From: Cyanophora paradoxa CCMP329
Lineage: Eukaryota > Plantae > Glaucophyta
Direction: 5' to 3'
Length of the DNA: 64,000 bases
Assembly: GCA_004431415.1 (NCBI GenBank)
Contig: QPMI01000062.1
Coordinates: forward strand, 372,001-436,000
Positions 11,102-24,600 of the stretch are shown here, one piece after another; the first letter of the stretch is position 1; the number at the start of each line of letters is the position of its first letter. Both the position numbers and the translations under genes were made by a program. The notes under the pieces were generated by a model, which saw nothing but the letters and a program-made list of their open reading frames with translations, did not search any database and was not told the origin of the DNA.

Positions 11102-12554
11102 TCACCGCTCGCGGACTGCGCGCGCGAGCGGCGCGCGTCAGAGGCGCGGGGCGGGGGGCGGGGGGCGGGGCGGGGCGGGGCGGGGCGGACGGTCGAAGAC
11201 GGAGTTCATGAGGTCGGCGAGGGCGCGGCCGACGGCGCGGTTCGGGTGCAGGAACTCCCCCTTCCGCCGCACCAGCTCCTTGTTCCGCTCCAGCTCCGCC
11301 ATCCCCAGCGGCCCGCCCAGCCGCCCGGGCTCCCACGAGGCGGTGAGGACCCCGACGGCGAACATCATGGGCCCCGAGACGAGCCAGAGGAGGCCGGCGG
11401 CGGCGGCGGGGACGCGCCAGGAGCGCCACCACGCCTCCGCCTCCTGCATCGCCGCCAGCGCCGCCGCGTCGTCGCCCATCGAGGCGGCGCCGCCGGCGGC
11501 GGCGCGGGAAAGGGCGTAGGAGGCGGCGACGAGGGCGGGGAGGAGGAACTGGAAGGCGAAGCCGCGGGCGAGGATGCCCGTCACGAAGAGCAGCGTGTCC
11601 CGCCTCGCCAGCAGCTCTGCCCTGTCCCGTCAGCTCGGCGCGCGTCGGACGAGAGGCCGGCGGGGCGCACCGCGGCCCTTGTCGGCGACCTCGAGGCTGC
11701 GCCGCTGATTCCCCTCCATCTGCTTCTGCAGCTGCTCGATCTGCGCCCCGAGCCGCGCCGCCTTCTGCCGCACGCGCGCCGCCGCCGCGAGCACCCCCGC
11801 GCGCTCCGCCTCCTCGCCCTCCGAGGCGCCCTCGCGGGCCGGCCCGGCGGCGGCCTCGGCGCGGGCGGCCTGCACGTTGAGGATCGCCTGGTAGAGCTGG
11901 TAGTTCTTCTGCATCACCTCCAACTCCGCCAGCACAGCGACGTGGCACGCCTTCACGTCCTCGATGAACTGCGGCCGCGAGCTGAGCCGCCCCCCGCGCG
12001 GCGCGGCGCCGTGCGGCCGGTTTGGCGCGGCGCGGCGCGCACCTCTCTCCACCAAGGGAGGCCCAGCAGCAGGCCGTAGATGAGCACCTCCGAGGGGACC
12101 TTGACGTGCCGTACACTGTCGAAATGGCCCACCAGGCGGTCCTCGCTCGCCTTGATCTTGGCGCTCAGCTCGTCCCGGATGGCGTCCATGTTCTCGAGCA
12201 TGAACTTCGCTGCGAGAGATTCAGAGGCGATGCTGGCCGACGCGAGAGGCGCGGCTCGCCTGCCGCGTCCGCGTTGGCGCCCGCGCCGCCCTCCGCCGAC
12301 GCAGCCAAACTGACCGCCCCGAAGCGCATGCACTTGGCATTGCGAACGGTAGTCTGGAACCTCCTTTGCAGCAGCTGAGCGCCGGCGCCATGGAAGCTGC
12401 TGCTCGGGAGGCGGGACGTCGTCGGAGATCTGAGTTGATCGAATCTGCGAGTCTGCGGAGCGCGGTGGCAGTGGGCCGAGGAAGTGCTCGGAACAGCTGC
12501 CGCCGCCAACGGAGCGCTAGCTAGGGCCGCCGCGAAGAAGGGCGAGCGCGACAT
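11102..12554 (-). CDS. Uncharacterised, probably plastid-targeted protein with coiled coil and about 2 TM segments
   Basis: Ser/Ala/Arg-rich N-terminus with early Phe (MSRSPFFAAALASAP...), a coiled-coil exon (AARLGAQIEQLQKQME), hydrophobic segments (ILARGFAFQFLLPALVAASY; GLLWLVSGPMMFAVGVL), and typical short introns. Confidence 0.65.
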
Positions 12555-12973
12555 CGTGCTGGGCCCGGGTACAAATACCTAAGTTGGTGCGAACGAAGTG
12601 TAGAGGGTAGGATGGGGGGGTCGAGAAGTAGGTCGAGTCGCGACCCTGAGCTCCTTGTTAAGACACTCGCAACCTCGGCGGTACCGGCGCTGCGGCGGCG
12701 CACCGCGCATGCACGAGCTCGAGATGCGCAGTTGATCCAAGATCGAAGCTTGCAATTGTCGAACCAAGAAGAAGCCAGGGGGCCGGCCTTCGCTGATATC
12801 GATCGGCTAGTTCGTACGCTTGAGCCGATCGATCTCCCAAGCCAAAGTTCCCCGCGGCCGTTTGCATCTCAGCTAGATTGCTCTTCGGGAGCTCAGCTTG
12901 CAGTTTATCCTCGCCGACCCCGCCCGAGTGGGCTAGCAGAGTTTCCGCGACCGGCAACCGCTGTCAGCTCGCT

Positions 12974-13829
12974 ATGCCGGACGGGCAGCACGCGTCGTAC
13001 GATGTTCAGCCGCAGTTTGACGGCGGCGCACACTCCATTAAAGTCCGAGTATTGAAGGCCGAAGGCTGGGCGCGTCATGACCATGCTGTTCAAAGCCGTG
13101 GCACTGGTACCGTGCTAACGCGCCGCGCGACAGGTCCCCAAGAGCAGATTGCACAGGACCCGTCAGTACTTCGTGGAACTGCATTACGGCGAACCGCTCT
13201 TCCACCTCATGACGCCCAAATCGACCGCGGTGACGAAGACCAAGAGCCTCGAGTGGGACGAGGAACTTTCCTTCCGTGTCGAGTGCGGCACGCCCTGCGA
13301 CCTGAAGGTCGTCCTGCTGCGAAAGCGAAGGCGCGGGGGCTTCCCTAAGCTCGTTGGCTCGGCAAACTTGGCCGCCGCCCGCGTGCAGGTCCGCCTGGCC
13401 TCCCCAGCCCTGCATGCGCTTGCGCCTCTCAAGCTCGAGCTTCCTAACGCGCTTGGCCGGCGACGGCAGGCGGCGAGCGTGGCGCCGGAGGCGGGCTGGG
13501 TGGCCCTCGAGCGGCCGCCGGGCAAGAAGCACGCCGCGCACGCCGCCGACGAGCTGCGCCTCCTCCTCCGCCTCGCCGTGCTCCCCGAGGCGCCCCTCTC
13601 GTCCGCGGCGCCCGCCGCCGACGCCGCGACCGCCAAGGCCCAGCCTCCTCCCGCACCCGCCGCCGCCGCCGCCCGGCGCCCTCCAAAGCCCCCGCCGCGG
13701 CGGCGCCTCCGGATCCGCAGGGTGAGCGCAAGGGGCCGGGGCATCTACGCGCGCGATCGCCGTCCTGCCCGGATCCCCTGCCGCCCCCGCGGGACTCGGG
13801 CGGCGCCCCGACGCTCAGGCGGCGGCTGA
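12974..13829 (+). CDS. C2-domain-like protein
   Basis: HSIKVRVLKAE...QYFVELHYGE..TPKSTAVTKTKSLEWDEELSFRVE..DLKVVLLRK..KLVGSANL..GWVALE..LRLLLRL follows the C2 beta-strand pattern. The 3' end is uncertain. Confidence 0.6.
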
Positions 13830-14665
13830 GCTCGGCGCGGAGGACGCTGAGCGGCGCCCTGGATGCGGTCGTGGGCCCGTTCCGGGCCCGCTCCAGCGGC
13901 CCCGGGGCTGCCCGCGAGGAGGCGCCCGGCCACGTGCACGTGCGGGCGTGACCGCGGCCCTCGGGCGAGCCTCTCCGAGTCTCACGATTGCTGCTCCGGT
14001 CCGATTCTCCCATTCTACTTGCCACCCTTTTTCTTGGCCAGCTGCAGCGGCTGCTCCCGCTCTACGTATACTTGCACATGTACATCAGGCTTGACCCTCG
14101 GGCGTGGCTCCCGGCCCCCGGCTCAGCCTCGGAGCGCGAGTCTCAGCGATCACCCGCCCTTTAATTTTCTCTTGTCTCTTGCATCAGGCTTCGTATCGGC
14201 TTTTTATATCATAGAGCAGAGCCTCGGAGCTCTCACGGTCTATTTAGATTTGATCCGATTTCCCGCGTACGCATACTATGATACCTTGATCATGATCACC
14301 ATGATCGATCACTGATCACCGAGTCAGCTGCATCATTCTTCTTTCAGATGCTCTAGTCTTTGAGCCTCGGAGTGTGGAGCCCACCGTGGCACACGTATCA
14401 TAGTACATACTCGAGCTCGACCGGAGTCCGACGGTCCAAGCTTACTAGTCAAGGTTCATGGACATCGATTAGCAATCATGAATAATCCACAATAGACACT
14501 AGTACTAACTAGCCTAGTAGGTGCATAGGTTAATTGTAATGACGACGTAATCACGGATGCAGGTAACATGTACAATCGGTACAGTAGGTTAACTATATTG
14601 GATGTGGTTTGTGATGGTTAGGTTATGCGTGCTCTTGGTAGTGCTGTAGGCGGACTTTCAAAAGT

Positions 14666-17600
14666 TTAATATCGCGTCTCGAAGAAATTGAACCGCTGTT
14701 TCGAGCTCCTGGCCCCGTCGCCGAGATCATGATCGGCATCGAAGCTCCGCTCGCTCGCGCCGGGGCCGGGGCAGCCTGGAAGGGAGCGCCACCCTTGCTG
14801 CCCCCGAGGGGCCGAGGCGGATTGCGATCGTGAGGCGGGCGGCGGCGGCGGCGGCCAGGCGGCGGCGTCGGCTCGGAACTGGAGGTCGCCGGCCCGGCCG
14901 CGGCCGAGCGGGGCGTGCTCCTGCGGCCACCCGTGCGGCGCCGGCGGCGAGGGCGGCCGGCTCGCGACAGGGCCGCCTCCGCGATCCGGGAAGAAGCTCG
15001 CCGGCGGCGGCGCGAACTCGAGCTCGGGGCGGTGCGGCGGCCGGAAGGGGTCGGGGCTCGGGCAGGAGGCCCGCCGCGGCGGGGCGGAGAAGGCGGGCGC
15101 GGGCGGCGGGCGCGGGGGCGGGGCGGCGGCGAAGAGCTCGGACTCGAGGGGCAGGAGCGAGCTGGAGCGCCGGGGGGCGGCCCGGGGGGAGGCGCCGGGC
15201 CCGCCCCGCCCCCGCCAGAACCGCTGCTCCAGATCCGAGCGGGGGTTCCCGAACGGGTTGAAGGGCGCCGGCGGCTCCGGATGCGGGGGCGGCGGGGCGC
15301 CCCAGGCCCCGACGGGGGCCCACCCGTCCTCCGCGTCCTCCTCGCCCCGCCAGCAGTGCCGGTCTTCCGCATGCGCCTCCGGCTGCGCGCCTGCCCAGGG
15401 GCCCCAGGGGGCGTGGGCGCCGGGGCCGGCCTCCTCCCGCCCCTCCCGGCCGTCGACGTCCTCTGCCCAGACCTCCTCCGGCCAGCGCCCGCCCATGGCC
15501 AGCGGCCCGCCTCCCTCGTACTCGTCGAGGTCGCCGTGCCCCAGCCGCCACACCTCGCCCCCCGCCACCCCCAGCGGCGCCCCCGCCTCCTCCGCATCGC
15601 ACGCCTCGCGATCGGCGCCCCAGGACGCCCTGCCCCCGGAGAGGGGCCGCTTGCGGCTCGCGGAGGGGTACGCGGCGCCGGGCGTGGGGGCTGGCGTCTC
15701 GTCGGAGCGGGCGGGCCAGGGGGCCTCGGGAGACCCGAGGGAGCCGCCGGGGCTCGCGGGGTGCTCTTCGCGCCCGCGCCGCGCAAAGGCGTACTGCGAC
15801 CAGAGGCCCGGCGAAGACTCGCCGCCGCCGCCGCCGCCGCCGACAACATCGGCGACAGCGACGCGGTGCTCGCGCCAGTCGGAGGGGCCGGGGTCGGGCG
15901 CCGGGGGCCGCTCCTGGGCGCGGCGGGCGGCGACGCGCTCGGCGAGGGCCTTCACGCGCGCCGCGAGGGACGACGAGGCGCGCGAGCCGCCGCCGCCCCC
16001 GCCGCCCGAGGAGCGGCGCTGGGAGGAGGGGCCCGCCGAGGCGCACGCCGCGGGGAGGCCTCCAGGGTCGCCGCCCGCGGCGGCTTCGGCGGCGGGGGCG
16101 GGGCGGCGGCGGGCGTCCCTGCCGGGGGCCGGCCGTCAAGCAGGCCCGGGGCGCCGGGAGGGGCCCCGTACTGCTCGGCGCAGCGGGCGAAGAAGTCGTG
16201 CCGCTGGCCGTCCAGGGTCTGCCCCACGATGCCCAGCTTCCGGCACACCATCGGCCTGCCCGCCAGCACGCGGCCGCCGGCCTCAGCGCTAGCCGGGCGG
16301 CGGGCCGGGGGCGGGGCGGCGGGCCAGAGGATGTCGTCGATGGTGCCGTGGGCCACCAGGTAATGCACGTGCGTCGCGCAGCTCTGCCGGCCCCGAGGCG
16401 CCCGTCAGCACGGGCGGCGGGGCGGGGCGGGGCGGGGCGGGGCGGGCGCGCCTGGCCGATGCGGTGCACGCGGTCCTCGGCCTGGAGGAGCGTCCCCGGC
16501 GTCCACGTCAGCTGCGCGGCGCAGTCAGCGGCCGTCGCGCAAGGCGGGGCACGCCCGGCGGGCCTCGGCGATGACGACGGTCGAGGCGGCGGTGAGGGTC
16601 AGCCCGAAGCCGGCCGCCGTCAGGCTGCGCCGTCCCAGGCTTCAGGAGGGAAGGAAAGGGCCGACGGGCGGGGGGCGGGGCGGGCCTGAGGACGGCGAGG
16701 CGGCAGCGGGAGGAGGCCTGGAAGTGCTCGGCGGCCTCAAAGCGCGCCTGCGAGGGCGTCGAGCCGTCGATGCGCACGTACTCGCCCCCGCGCCTCTGCC
16801 CCCGGCCCGCCCCGCGTCAGACCCTCCGGCGGCACTCTCGGCAGGAGGGCGGGCGCGGCGGGGCGCGCCATGCCACGGGAGCGGAGGGAGGCCTCGACGG
16901 CGTCCAGCACGACGGCGTGGTGCCCGAAGAGCAGGAACTGCCGCCCCCGCCGGCGCCTCAGCGCGCGCAGCGCAGGCGGGTCGGAGGGCGCGCCTTGCAC
17001 TCCGCCTCCAGGAGCGTTGCGACGTAGCCGACGATGGCGCTGGCCTTGGCCGCCCCGGACTGCTGGTAGAGCTGCACCATCCTGCCCAGCCCCGCGTGAG
17101 GCGGGAGCCCGAGGGCCAGGGGGACGGAGGACGCCGACGACGCACCCCGGGGAGGCGGTGACGCGGTCGACACCGGCGCCGGGGGACTCGTCGTCGGAGG
17201 CGTCGGGGTCGGAGGGGGTGGGGGCGGGGCGGGAGCCGAAGAGGTCGGGGCGGGAGGCGAGGGCGGGGGCCATGCGCTCCACCGCCTCCGCGTCCGCGCT
17301 CACGATCACCTGCCGCCCGCCCGCCCGCCCGCCCGCTCAGCCGCGGCCGCCGAGGAGAGGCGGGGCGCTGGAGGGGGCGCGCCCGCTGGCGGAGCTTGTC
17401 GGGGAGCTCGGCGAGGACGTCCTTCTTGAGGCGGCGGACCATGACGGAGCAGGTGAGCAGCAGGTAGAGCTCCTCCGCGTGCGTGCTCCCCGTCGCCACC
17501 GCCCCGCGCCGCTGCGCCCCCGCCCCCGCGCCCCCTCGGTCGCCCCTCCGCTCCGACCGCGCCGCGAGGGGGGGAGGGGCGCGCACGAATCCGCCCCGCC

Positions 17601-19109
17601 CGCCGCCGCCGCCGAAGCTGCCCCCGCCGCCGAAGCCGCCGCCGCCGCCGGAGCCGCCGCAGTAGCGGTCCGCGAAGGCCTGGAACTCGTGGAAGAGGTC
17701 GGGGCGCACGGCCTGCAGCTGGCAGAAGAGCTCCGAGGGCCGCGAGAGCGCCGGCGTCCCCGTCAGCAGGATCGCCCGCCTCGCGCTCTGCACCGGTCCC
17801 GTCGGCCACGAGCGAGGGCGTGAGTGCAGGCGCGGCGCCGGCGGTACCTTCAGCATCGGAAGGATAGCCTTGGTGCGCTTCGTCTTGTAGTTCTGCGGCG
17901 GGCGGGGCTCAGAAGCGCTGCGAACCCGCGTGCAGGTGGGACGCGGGCCGCGGACCTTGAGAGCGTGGCTCTCGTCTGCGATGATGACCTGCGGGGCGGG
18001 ACAGGCCGGTCACCGAGGGCGGGGGGCGGCGGGTGGAGGCGCTCGCCTTGAACCGGCACGCGCCCAGCTCCTCCTCCCGCTGCGTCGCCTCGTCGTAGCT
18101 GCCAGGAGCGGGGGCGGACCGGGGTCAGGTCTAGAGCGGAACGAAAGGGAGGGAAGAGGCCAGCGCGGGAGCGGGCATGCACCTAACGATGGCGACGCGG
18201 GCGCGGGAGAGGAAGACGTGCCCAAGGACTGACCCCGAGACGTACACGTCGTTCGCGGAGACCCACGGCGCCCACTGCTGCACCGCCTGCGCATCGCGGG
18301 CTCACGCGTAGCCTGCCAGCACGGGGAAGCGCGGAAGCCGACGCGCCTCTAGCCACGTGAACCGCAGAGCCGCGGGGACAATGATCAGCAGCGGCCACTG
18401 CGGGCGCCGGCCGCGGCCGGCTCTGGTCAGGGGGCGGTCGAGAGCGAGCTCCATAACCAGCGGCGAACCTCATCGAAGAACTGGGATGCGATGGCGATAG
18501 CTTGGATCGTCTTCCCGAGCCCCATCTCGTCCGCGAGGAGTATGCGCCCGCCTTTCTTGATACCGAAGCTGCGAGAACCCATCGTGCGGGCGATGAGCGC
18601 CGAGACCGCTTTGCAAGGCGACTGCCGGCAACTGCTCACCGGACGCCTTCGCGTTGAAAGGGCTTGAGTGCGTCCCGCAGCGACTGCGGAATCCTGGACT
18701 TCTCCAGCGGGTCGGCATCTGCGAGCGGGATCGCGCACGGAGCCAGCGTACACCAACTGAAATCACCTCGTTTTTGGGAGCTGGAGCTCGGCAGGAGCGG
18801 ATCTGACGCGGCCGCCTGCACTGCTTTTCGCACGAACGCTGGGAGAGGTCGCAGCCCGTCGGCGAGCCCCTCCGCCCGAAGGCGCTTGATCAGTGCGAAC
18901 TCCGAGGCCAATGGAATTCGCCATTCGTCCTTGTCCGCATCTTCGACCGCCCGGGTTTTCCGCTGCTCGCGCGCAGGACCCAGATCAAATCACAGCGCAC
19001 CGTGGGTCGCCCCGTGCACGGAGGAGATCACGCGGGCGGCGTCGTCACCGACACCTGTGATGCCCAGCAGCGGCGGCCACACGCTTACAACGCTCATCTC
19101 GCCCGCCAT
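14666..19109 (-). CDS. SMARCAL1: SMARCAL1/HARP-like SNF2 annealing helicase, multi-exon
   Basis: HARP-like GATH/DADKDEWRIPL; LKPFQREGVR/FGIKKGGRILLADEMGLGKTIQAIAIA (motif I); WPLLIIVP; IIADESH; ILLTGTPALSRPSELFCQL; MVRRLKKDVLAELPDK; FLLFGHH; RIDGSTP; TWTPGTLLQAEDRVHRIGQ. Confidence 0.9.
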
Positions 19110-19261
19110 CGCCCGAGCGCCCAACCAGCCTTGCGGGCCGCGCTCTTCCTTTAAGTATGCGCTGCTCAACGCTGCAAAGCCCTGCAAGCCTCCAGAGACA
19201 CCGCTGGGCCACGGGTTTTCCGCCGCATCGCGGCGACTCGCGCACTGTACCCGTCGAAGCG

Positions 19262-21012
19262 ATGTTCGTCGCGGTCGTAGCGCCCGCACAGGCGATCCGC
19301 AGTAGCCAGTTGACAGAGGCGGCTACGAGGAGCACACAACAGCCCAGCCAGCGCACTCCGGTGCTCAGATCGGGCCGCAGGCCGGACTCGCTCAGGGGCG
19401 CTTTCTTGGGCGAGCAGCGCCGCCGCTTCTTCGCATACGCGGATCTGCGACAGAATCCAGGCCCCTCGCCATCGCAGCGCCCGCCAGCCCTCGTTCCGAT
19501 GATGTCCTCTCGAGCGGAGCTCGACAGGGCGATCGAGGACGGGCTGGATAAGTGCCTAACAAAGACCGACCTCCCGCTCCCGTCGAAATACGAGGGCAAG
19601 GTGCGAGACACGTACGATCTGGGCGACAAGCTCCTGCTCGTCACGACCGACCGCCAGTCCGGTGCGTCGCGTGAGGCGCGCGTACGCTGTGCGCGGCGTT
19701 AGCTATGAATTCTCGAGAGTAGGGTCGCGCCGTCGCGCCTCGCGCGCGTCTCACGGGCCGCCCGCAGCGTTCGATCGCGTGCTGGCGTCCATCCCGTTCA
19801 AGGGCCAGGTGCTTAACCAGGTCAGCGCGTGGTGGTTCGAGCGGACCAAGCACATCGTGGACAACCACGTCATTGACATCCCGGACCCGAACGTGACGGT
19901 GGCCCGCAAGGTCCAGATCTTCCCCATCGAGTTCGTCGTGCGCGGCTACATCACGGGCACGACGGACACGAGCCTGTGGACGCAGTACAAGAAGGGCGTG
20001 CGCAACTACTGCGGCCACGACTTCCCCGAGGGCATGAAGAAGAACGAGCGCCTCGCCCGTGCGCCCCGCGGCCCGCGCCCCACGCCCCGTGCCCGCCGCC
20101 CCGCAGAGCGGGCGGGCAGGGAACGTGGTGACGCCGACGACGAAGGAGACGGCGCACGACCGGCCGATCTCGGCGAAGGAGATCGTGGAGGAGGGCTGGA
20201 TGAGCGCCGCCGACTGGGAGGAGGCCTCCGCCAAGGCCCTCGCCCTCTTCGAGTTCGGCCAGCAGGCCCGCGCGCCCCCGCCCCCGGCCCCCGTCCCCCG
20301 CCCCCGGCCCCCGTCCCCCGCCCCCCGCCCCTTCCGACCCGGCCGGACTCGCGGCAGACGGCGGCGAAGCACGGGCTGCTGCTGGTGGACACGAAGTACG
20401 AGTTCGGCAAGGACGCCGCCGGCAACGTAGTCATCGCCGACGGCCCGCCCCCGCCCCGCCCCGCCCCTCGTCGCACGGCCCGGGGCCCTCACCGCCGCGC
20501 CGCCAGAGATCCACACGCCGGACTCGAGCCGGTACTGGATCGCCGCCTCGTACGAGGATCGGATGCGCGAGGGCAAGGTCCGCCTCCGGCTGCTTGCGCC
20601 CCCCTCCGCCCTCTGACCCGCCCCGAGCAGGAGCCCGAGAACATCGACAAGGAGTTCCTGCGGCTCTGGTGCGCCGGCGTTCTGCCCCCGCGGCGCGGCT
20701 CGCGTGGCGGCTAAGTGACGGGGCGGGGCGGGGGCGGGCGCGCAGGTTCGCGGCGAACTGCGACCCGTACAAGGACAAGGTGCTCCCCGACGCCCCCAAG
20801 GAGCTCGTCATGGAGCTCTCCAGGCGGTGCGGCGTCCCAGCCCGCGGCCCCGACCGAGCCCCGCCCCCGGGTCCCTCTGATCGGCCGGCCCGCCCCGCAG
20901 ATACATCCAGCTGTACGAGACGATCACGGGGGAGAAGTTCGAGCCGGCCCTCGCCGGGCCCCACGCGAGCCTCAACGACCGCCTCCGCGCCAACACCGCC
21001 AAGTACGCGTAG
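19262..21012 (+). CDS. purC: SAICAR synthetase (phosphoribosylaminoimidazole-succinocarboxamide synthase) with plastid-type transit peptide
   Basis: KYEGKVRDTY, VTTDRQS/AFDRVLASIPFKGQVLNQ, PIEFVVRGYITG, TPTTK, LLVDTKYEFG, D/EIHTPDSSRYW, NIDKEFLRLW; N-terminal extension MFVAVVAPAQ... Confidence 0.96.
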
Positions 21013-21629
21013 GAGAAAAGCTCTGAAGCAAAGGCACCGTGCGCATGCACGTGACAGCAGCGTCGAGCAAAAGACACCGAGATGGAGGGGCGCGCGCGGG
21101 TAGCACGATATCGATCATACGAGTGCGAGCGCGCGAGCGCAGAGCGGGTGATGCTAGCGCTATAGCTCCGTGGCTCCTGCGTAGTCGGCGTGCAGAGCGA
21201 TCAAATTCGCGGGGAACAGTGTACCCGGGCCGGCGCAAGTGGTTCCAGTGCCTGCGGCAAACAGCGTCGTTCGAGCGTTCAGCTGCTGACAGCCGCGTCC
21301 CCAAGGTTAGCACGCAGCCCCGGCAGTCCCGGCAGGCGCCGGGCCACGAGCGCGGTTGCCTTGCCTGGGTCGGCGGTTGCGCGAGCCCGCGGGCGTGGCT
21401 AAGTACAGTGCTTCGGATCAATGCTTACTCTGGCTCACGGCAGATCAGTTCGGGCGCGAACATCTTCCGCGCGGTGTGTCTTGAGCAGCGAGCCAGGAAC
21501 TCCGCTCAACTGATCCTGAGCCTTGTCGGCGAACAGATATTCGATCTCTAGTTGACCGGGAGGCCGGTATCGCGTCGCCCTCGCAAACCACTGTTGCCGC
21601 GTTCGCCTGGCGGGCAATACCGAGTTTCG

Positions 21630-24600
21630 ATGAATGATCCTTATCCAACGCCGTGCGCGCGCGTTCCCGCATCGCCCGCGTTCGCTTCCGGATCCCCCTT
21701 GACTGCGGCCGATCAGATCATGGGTTGGATGGCCGCCTGCAGCCGGGGCAGCGAAGTGAGCGCCGTGTGCTGCCCGAGACCCGCGCTCTTTGACCGTGTT
21801 GCAGGACTATTGATCTGGACGACGATCACGAGGCGGAGCCCGAGGACGGCGGCGCCCCCACGCGCCCGATCAGCAGCCTCTGGGGCGGCGCCAACCCTCT
21901 CGCCTGGGGCGCCTGGGGCAGCGGCGGCGGCGGCGTGAAGCGCAGCCACCAGGCGGTGCGTGGGCGCCGGCCGCTGGCGGCTTCGCGCCCGTAAACCGCG
22001 CCGCAGGCCGAGGAGGGGGCGGAGGCGGGCGGGGGGGACGAGGAAGGCGGGCAGGAGGAGGAGGAGGAGCACGCGGGGGAGGTCGGGGACGCCGGAGAGG
22101 AGGCCGAGGAGCGGCAGGAGGAGGAGGAGGAGGAGGAGGAGGAAGAGGAGGAGGAGGAGGAGGAGGAGGCGGGCGGCGGCGGCGGGGCGGGCGCCCGGGG
22201 CGGGCGGGCTCTTCGTGTGCCGCAAGTGCGGGGCGGACGACCTGCGGAACAGCCGAGGCCTCGACCTGCACGAGGCCCGGTGCGCCGGCCCGCGCCAGCG
22301 TGCAGCGCGGCGGCGGCCCTCGCAGACGCGGCGGCAGGTGCACGGGGTCTACGACGCGGCGGCGGCGAGGGAGCGCGAGCTCCGCCGCCGCGAGCGCCTC
22401 GCCGCGCCCGCGTGCGCCCTGTCCCGAGCCGCCGCCCCTTGCGTGCCCCGCGACACCGCTGAGCGGCCGGCGCAGCCGAAGGGGAAGAAGCGGCGGAGCA
22501 AGGGGGCCAGAACTCCCTCCAGTCCGTCTTCAAGAAGCAGGCCGCCCGCAAGGTCCGCCCCCGCCCCGCCCGCACGGGCGCCCGACGCAGGCGGACGGCG
22601 ATGACGGGGGAGCAGGTGGCGCTCGCCGCCCGGCACGCGGCCGCCGCCTCCATCTCCTCCTCTCCGCCGCCCCCGCCTGCCGCCGCGCCGCCCCGCCGCC
22701 CGCGCCGCCGCCCCGCCGCCCGCGCCGCCGCCCCCGCCGCCGCCGCCCGCGCCTCCTCCAGCTCCTCCTCCAGGTGCTCTCTCTCCCCCGCCCGCCCCGC
22801 GGCGGCCGGGGCCGGGGCCGGGGCCGGGGCGGGGGCTGAGGCGGGCGCTGCAGAGGCGGCTGGTGTGCAAGACCTGCGGTGACGACAAGTTCCTCCACTC
22901 CACCGGCCTCAAGGCCCACGAGGTGCGCCGCCCGGCCCGGCGCCCCGGGGCGCCCCCCCGGCCTCAGAGGCGCCCCAGGCCGCCTGCGACGGGAAAGCGG
23001 ACAGCAAGAAGGTGTTGCGGCGCATCGTGCGCGCCTCCCCGTCGGCTCTTCTCGCCGGCGCGGGGCGGCCCCGCCTGAGGGCCCCGCAGCGCCTGCAGGC
23101 GTGGCGTGCCAAGCGACGCGGGAGCAGCGGGGCCTCCCCGGCGGCGGGCGCCCGGGGCGACGAGGAGGTGCCTCCACTCACGGCTGCGGGGCGCCGCCCA
23201 GGGGCGGGGCGGCCCCCGACGCCGGCGCAGGGCAGCGGCGAGGGGGAGGGCCAAGAGAGCGGCGAGGAGGAGGAGGATGGGGAGGGGGAGAGCGGCAGCG
23301 AGTCGCCGCCGCCGCCGCCGCCGGTGAAGAAAGAGGTGCGCGGGGGCGGGTCGCGGGGGCCCCGGGCCCGGCCCTCCGCCGAGGCCGGGGGGCGGGGGCG
23401 CAGAAGCCCGAGCTGCGCTGCGAGCGGTGCGGCATGGTCGGGTTCGCGAACGCGGGGGTCCTCGGGCGCCACCGCGTCCGGTCCGCCCCGCCCCCTCCCT
23501 TCGAGTGGCAGGGGGCCCTGAGGCGCGCGGGCGCGCGCGCAGGTGCGCCAAGGCGGCGGCGGAGGGCCGGCTGGGCGGGGCGGGCGGGGCGGGCGCGGGC
23601 AGCAAGGCGAAGCCGAAGGGGCGCTCGGCGGAGCTCGCGCAGAAGGCGCTCGGGCGCGCCAAGGCCCAGGGCCGGCCGGCCAAGCCGCTCAAGCCGGCCA
23701 AGCCGCTCAAGCCGGGCAAGGCCCTCAGGCTCGGCAAGCAGGCGACGACCGGCATGCGCTACGCCGCCAACGGGAAGCTGACCGCCGTGCGCCGGCCTCG
23801 CCTCGCTGCCGCGGGGCATCCGCTCGACGGGGCGCGGGGCAGGGCCCCGGGATGTTCCCGTGCAAGACGTGCCGTGCGGCGGTCTTCGACACCTCCCGCG
23901 GCCTCTCCAACCACCTCCGCAGCTGCGACGGGGTCCCCAGGAAGAGGCCCGCCCCGCCCCCCGCCCCGCCCCCTCGCCGCGGGCTGACCTCGCGGCGGGC
24001 CGCGTGCAGGCGGAGCGCGAGCGCGCAGGCAAGGCCGGCCGGCAGCGAGGAGGGCGAGGAGGAGGGCGAGGAGGAGGAGGAGGAGGAGGGGGAGGAGCCG
24101 ATCGAGCGGGAGCTGGTGCGGGGCGGCGGCGGTCGCGGCCGGCCTTGCTTGCAGGGGCTGACGGGGGGCGCGGGGCGGGCAGGAGGAGGAGGAGGAGGGC
24201 TCCTCCTCCGAGCAGGAGGCCCCCAAGAAGGCGCGTGCCGTGGGCCGGCCGCCGGCGGGGAAGCCGGCCCCGGGGGCGGGGCGCGGCAAGCACATGCGGG
24301 CGACGATGCCCCAGCCGTGCCCCATCTGCGGCAAGTCCATCATGAAGCGGGTGCGCGGGCGGCCCCTCTGCCCCTCCGGGCCGCCCCGCCGAAGACCGAT
24401 GCGCGGGGCGGTGTGCAGGGCCTCTGGTCGCACATCCAGAGCTGCCGGCGGCAGGGGCCGTCCGCGGGGAAGGGGGCGTCTGCGGAGAAGGCGCCGGCCC
24501 CCAAGCGCCCCCGTGACGAATCCGAGGTCTGCGACGCCCCAGGCCCCCGCGCGAGGAGCCGCGCTGACCGTCCGACGCGAAGGGGGAGGGGGGGGAGGAA

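Noticed and set aside
9875-22215. Apparent frameshifts suggesting pseudogenes or programmed frameshifting (VAT-1-like AAG(G)VG near 9880, zinc-finger gene near 22190, HMG and SMARCAL1 low-complexity parts)
   Set aside because: Where locatable they fall in G/C runs within otherwise intact genes. The same error type distinguishes the duplicate copies, so long-read indel error is the simplest explanation.
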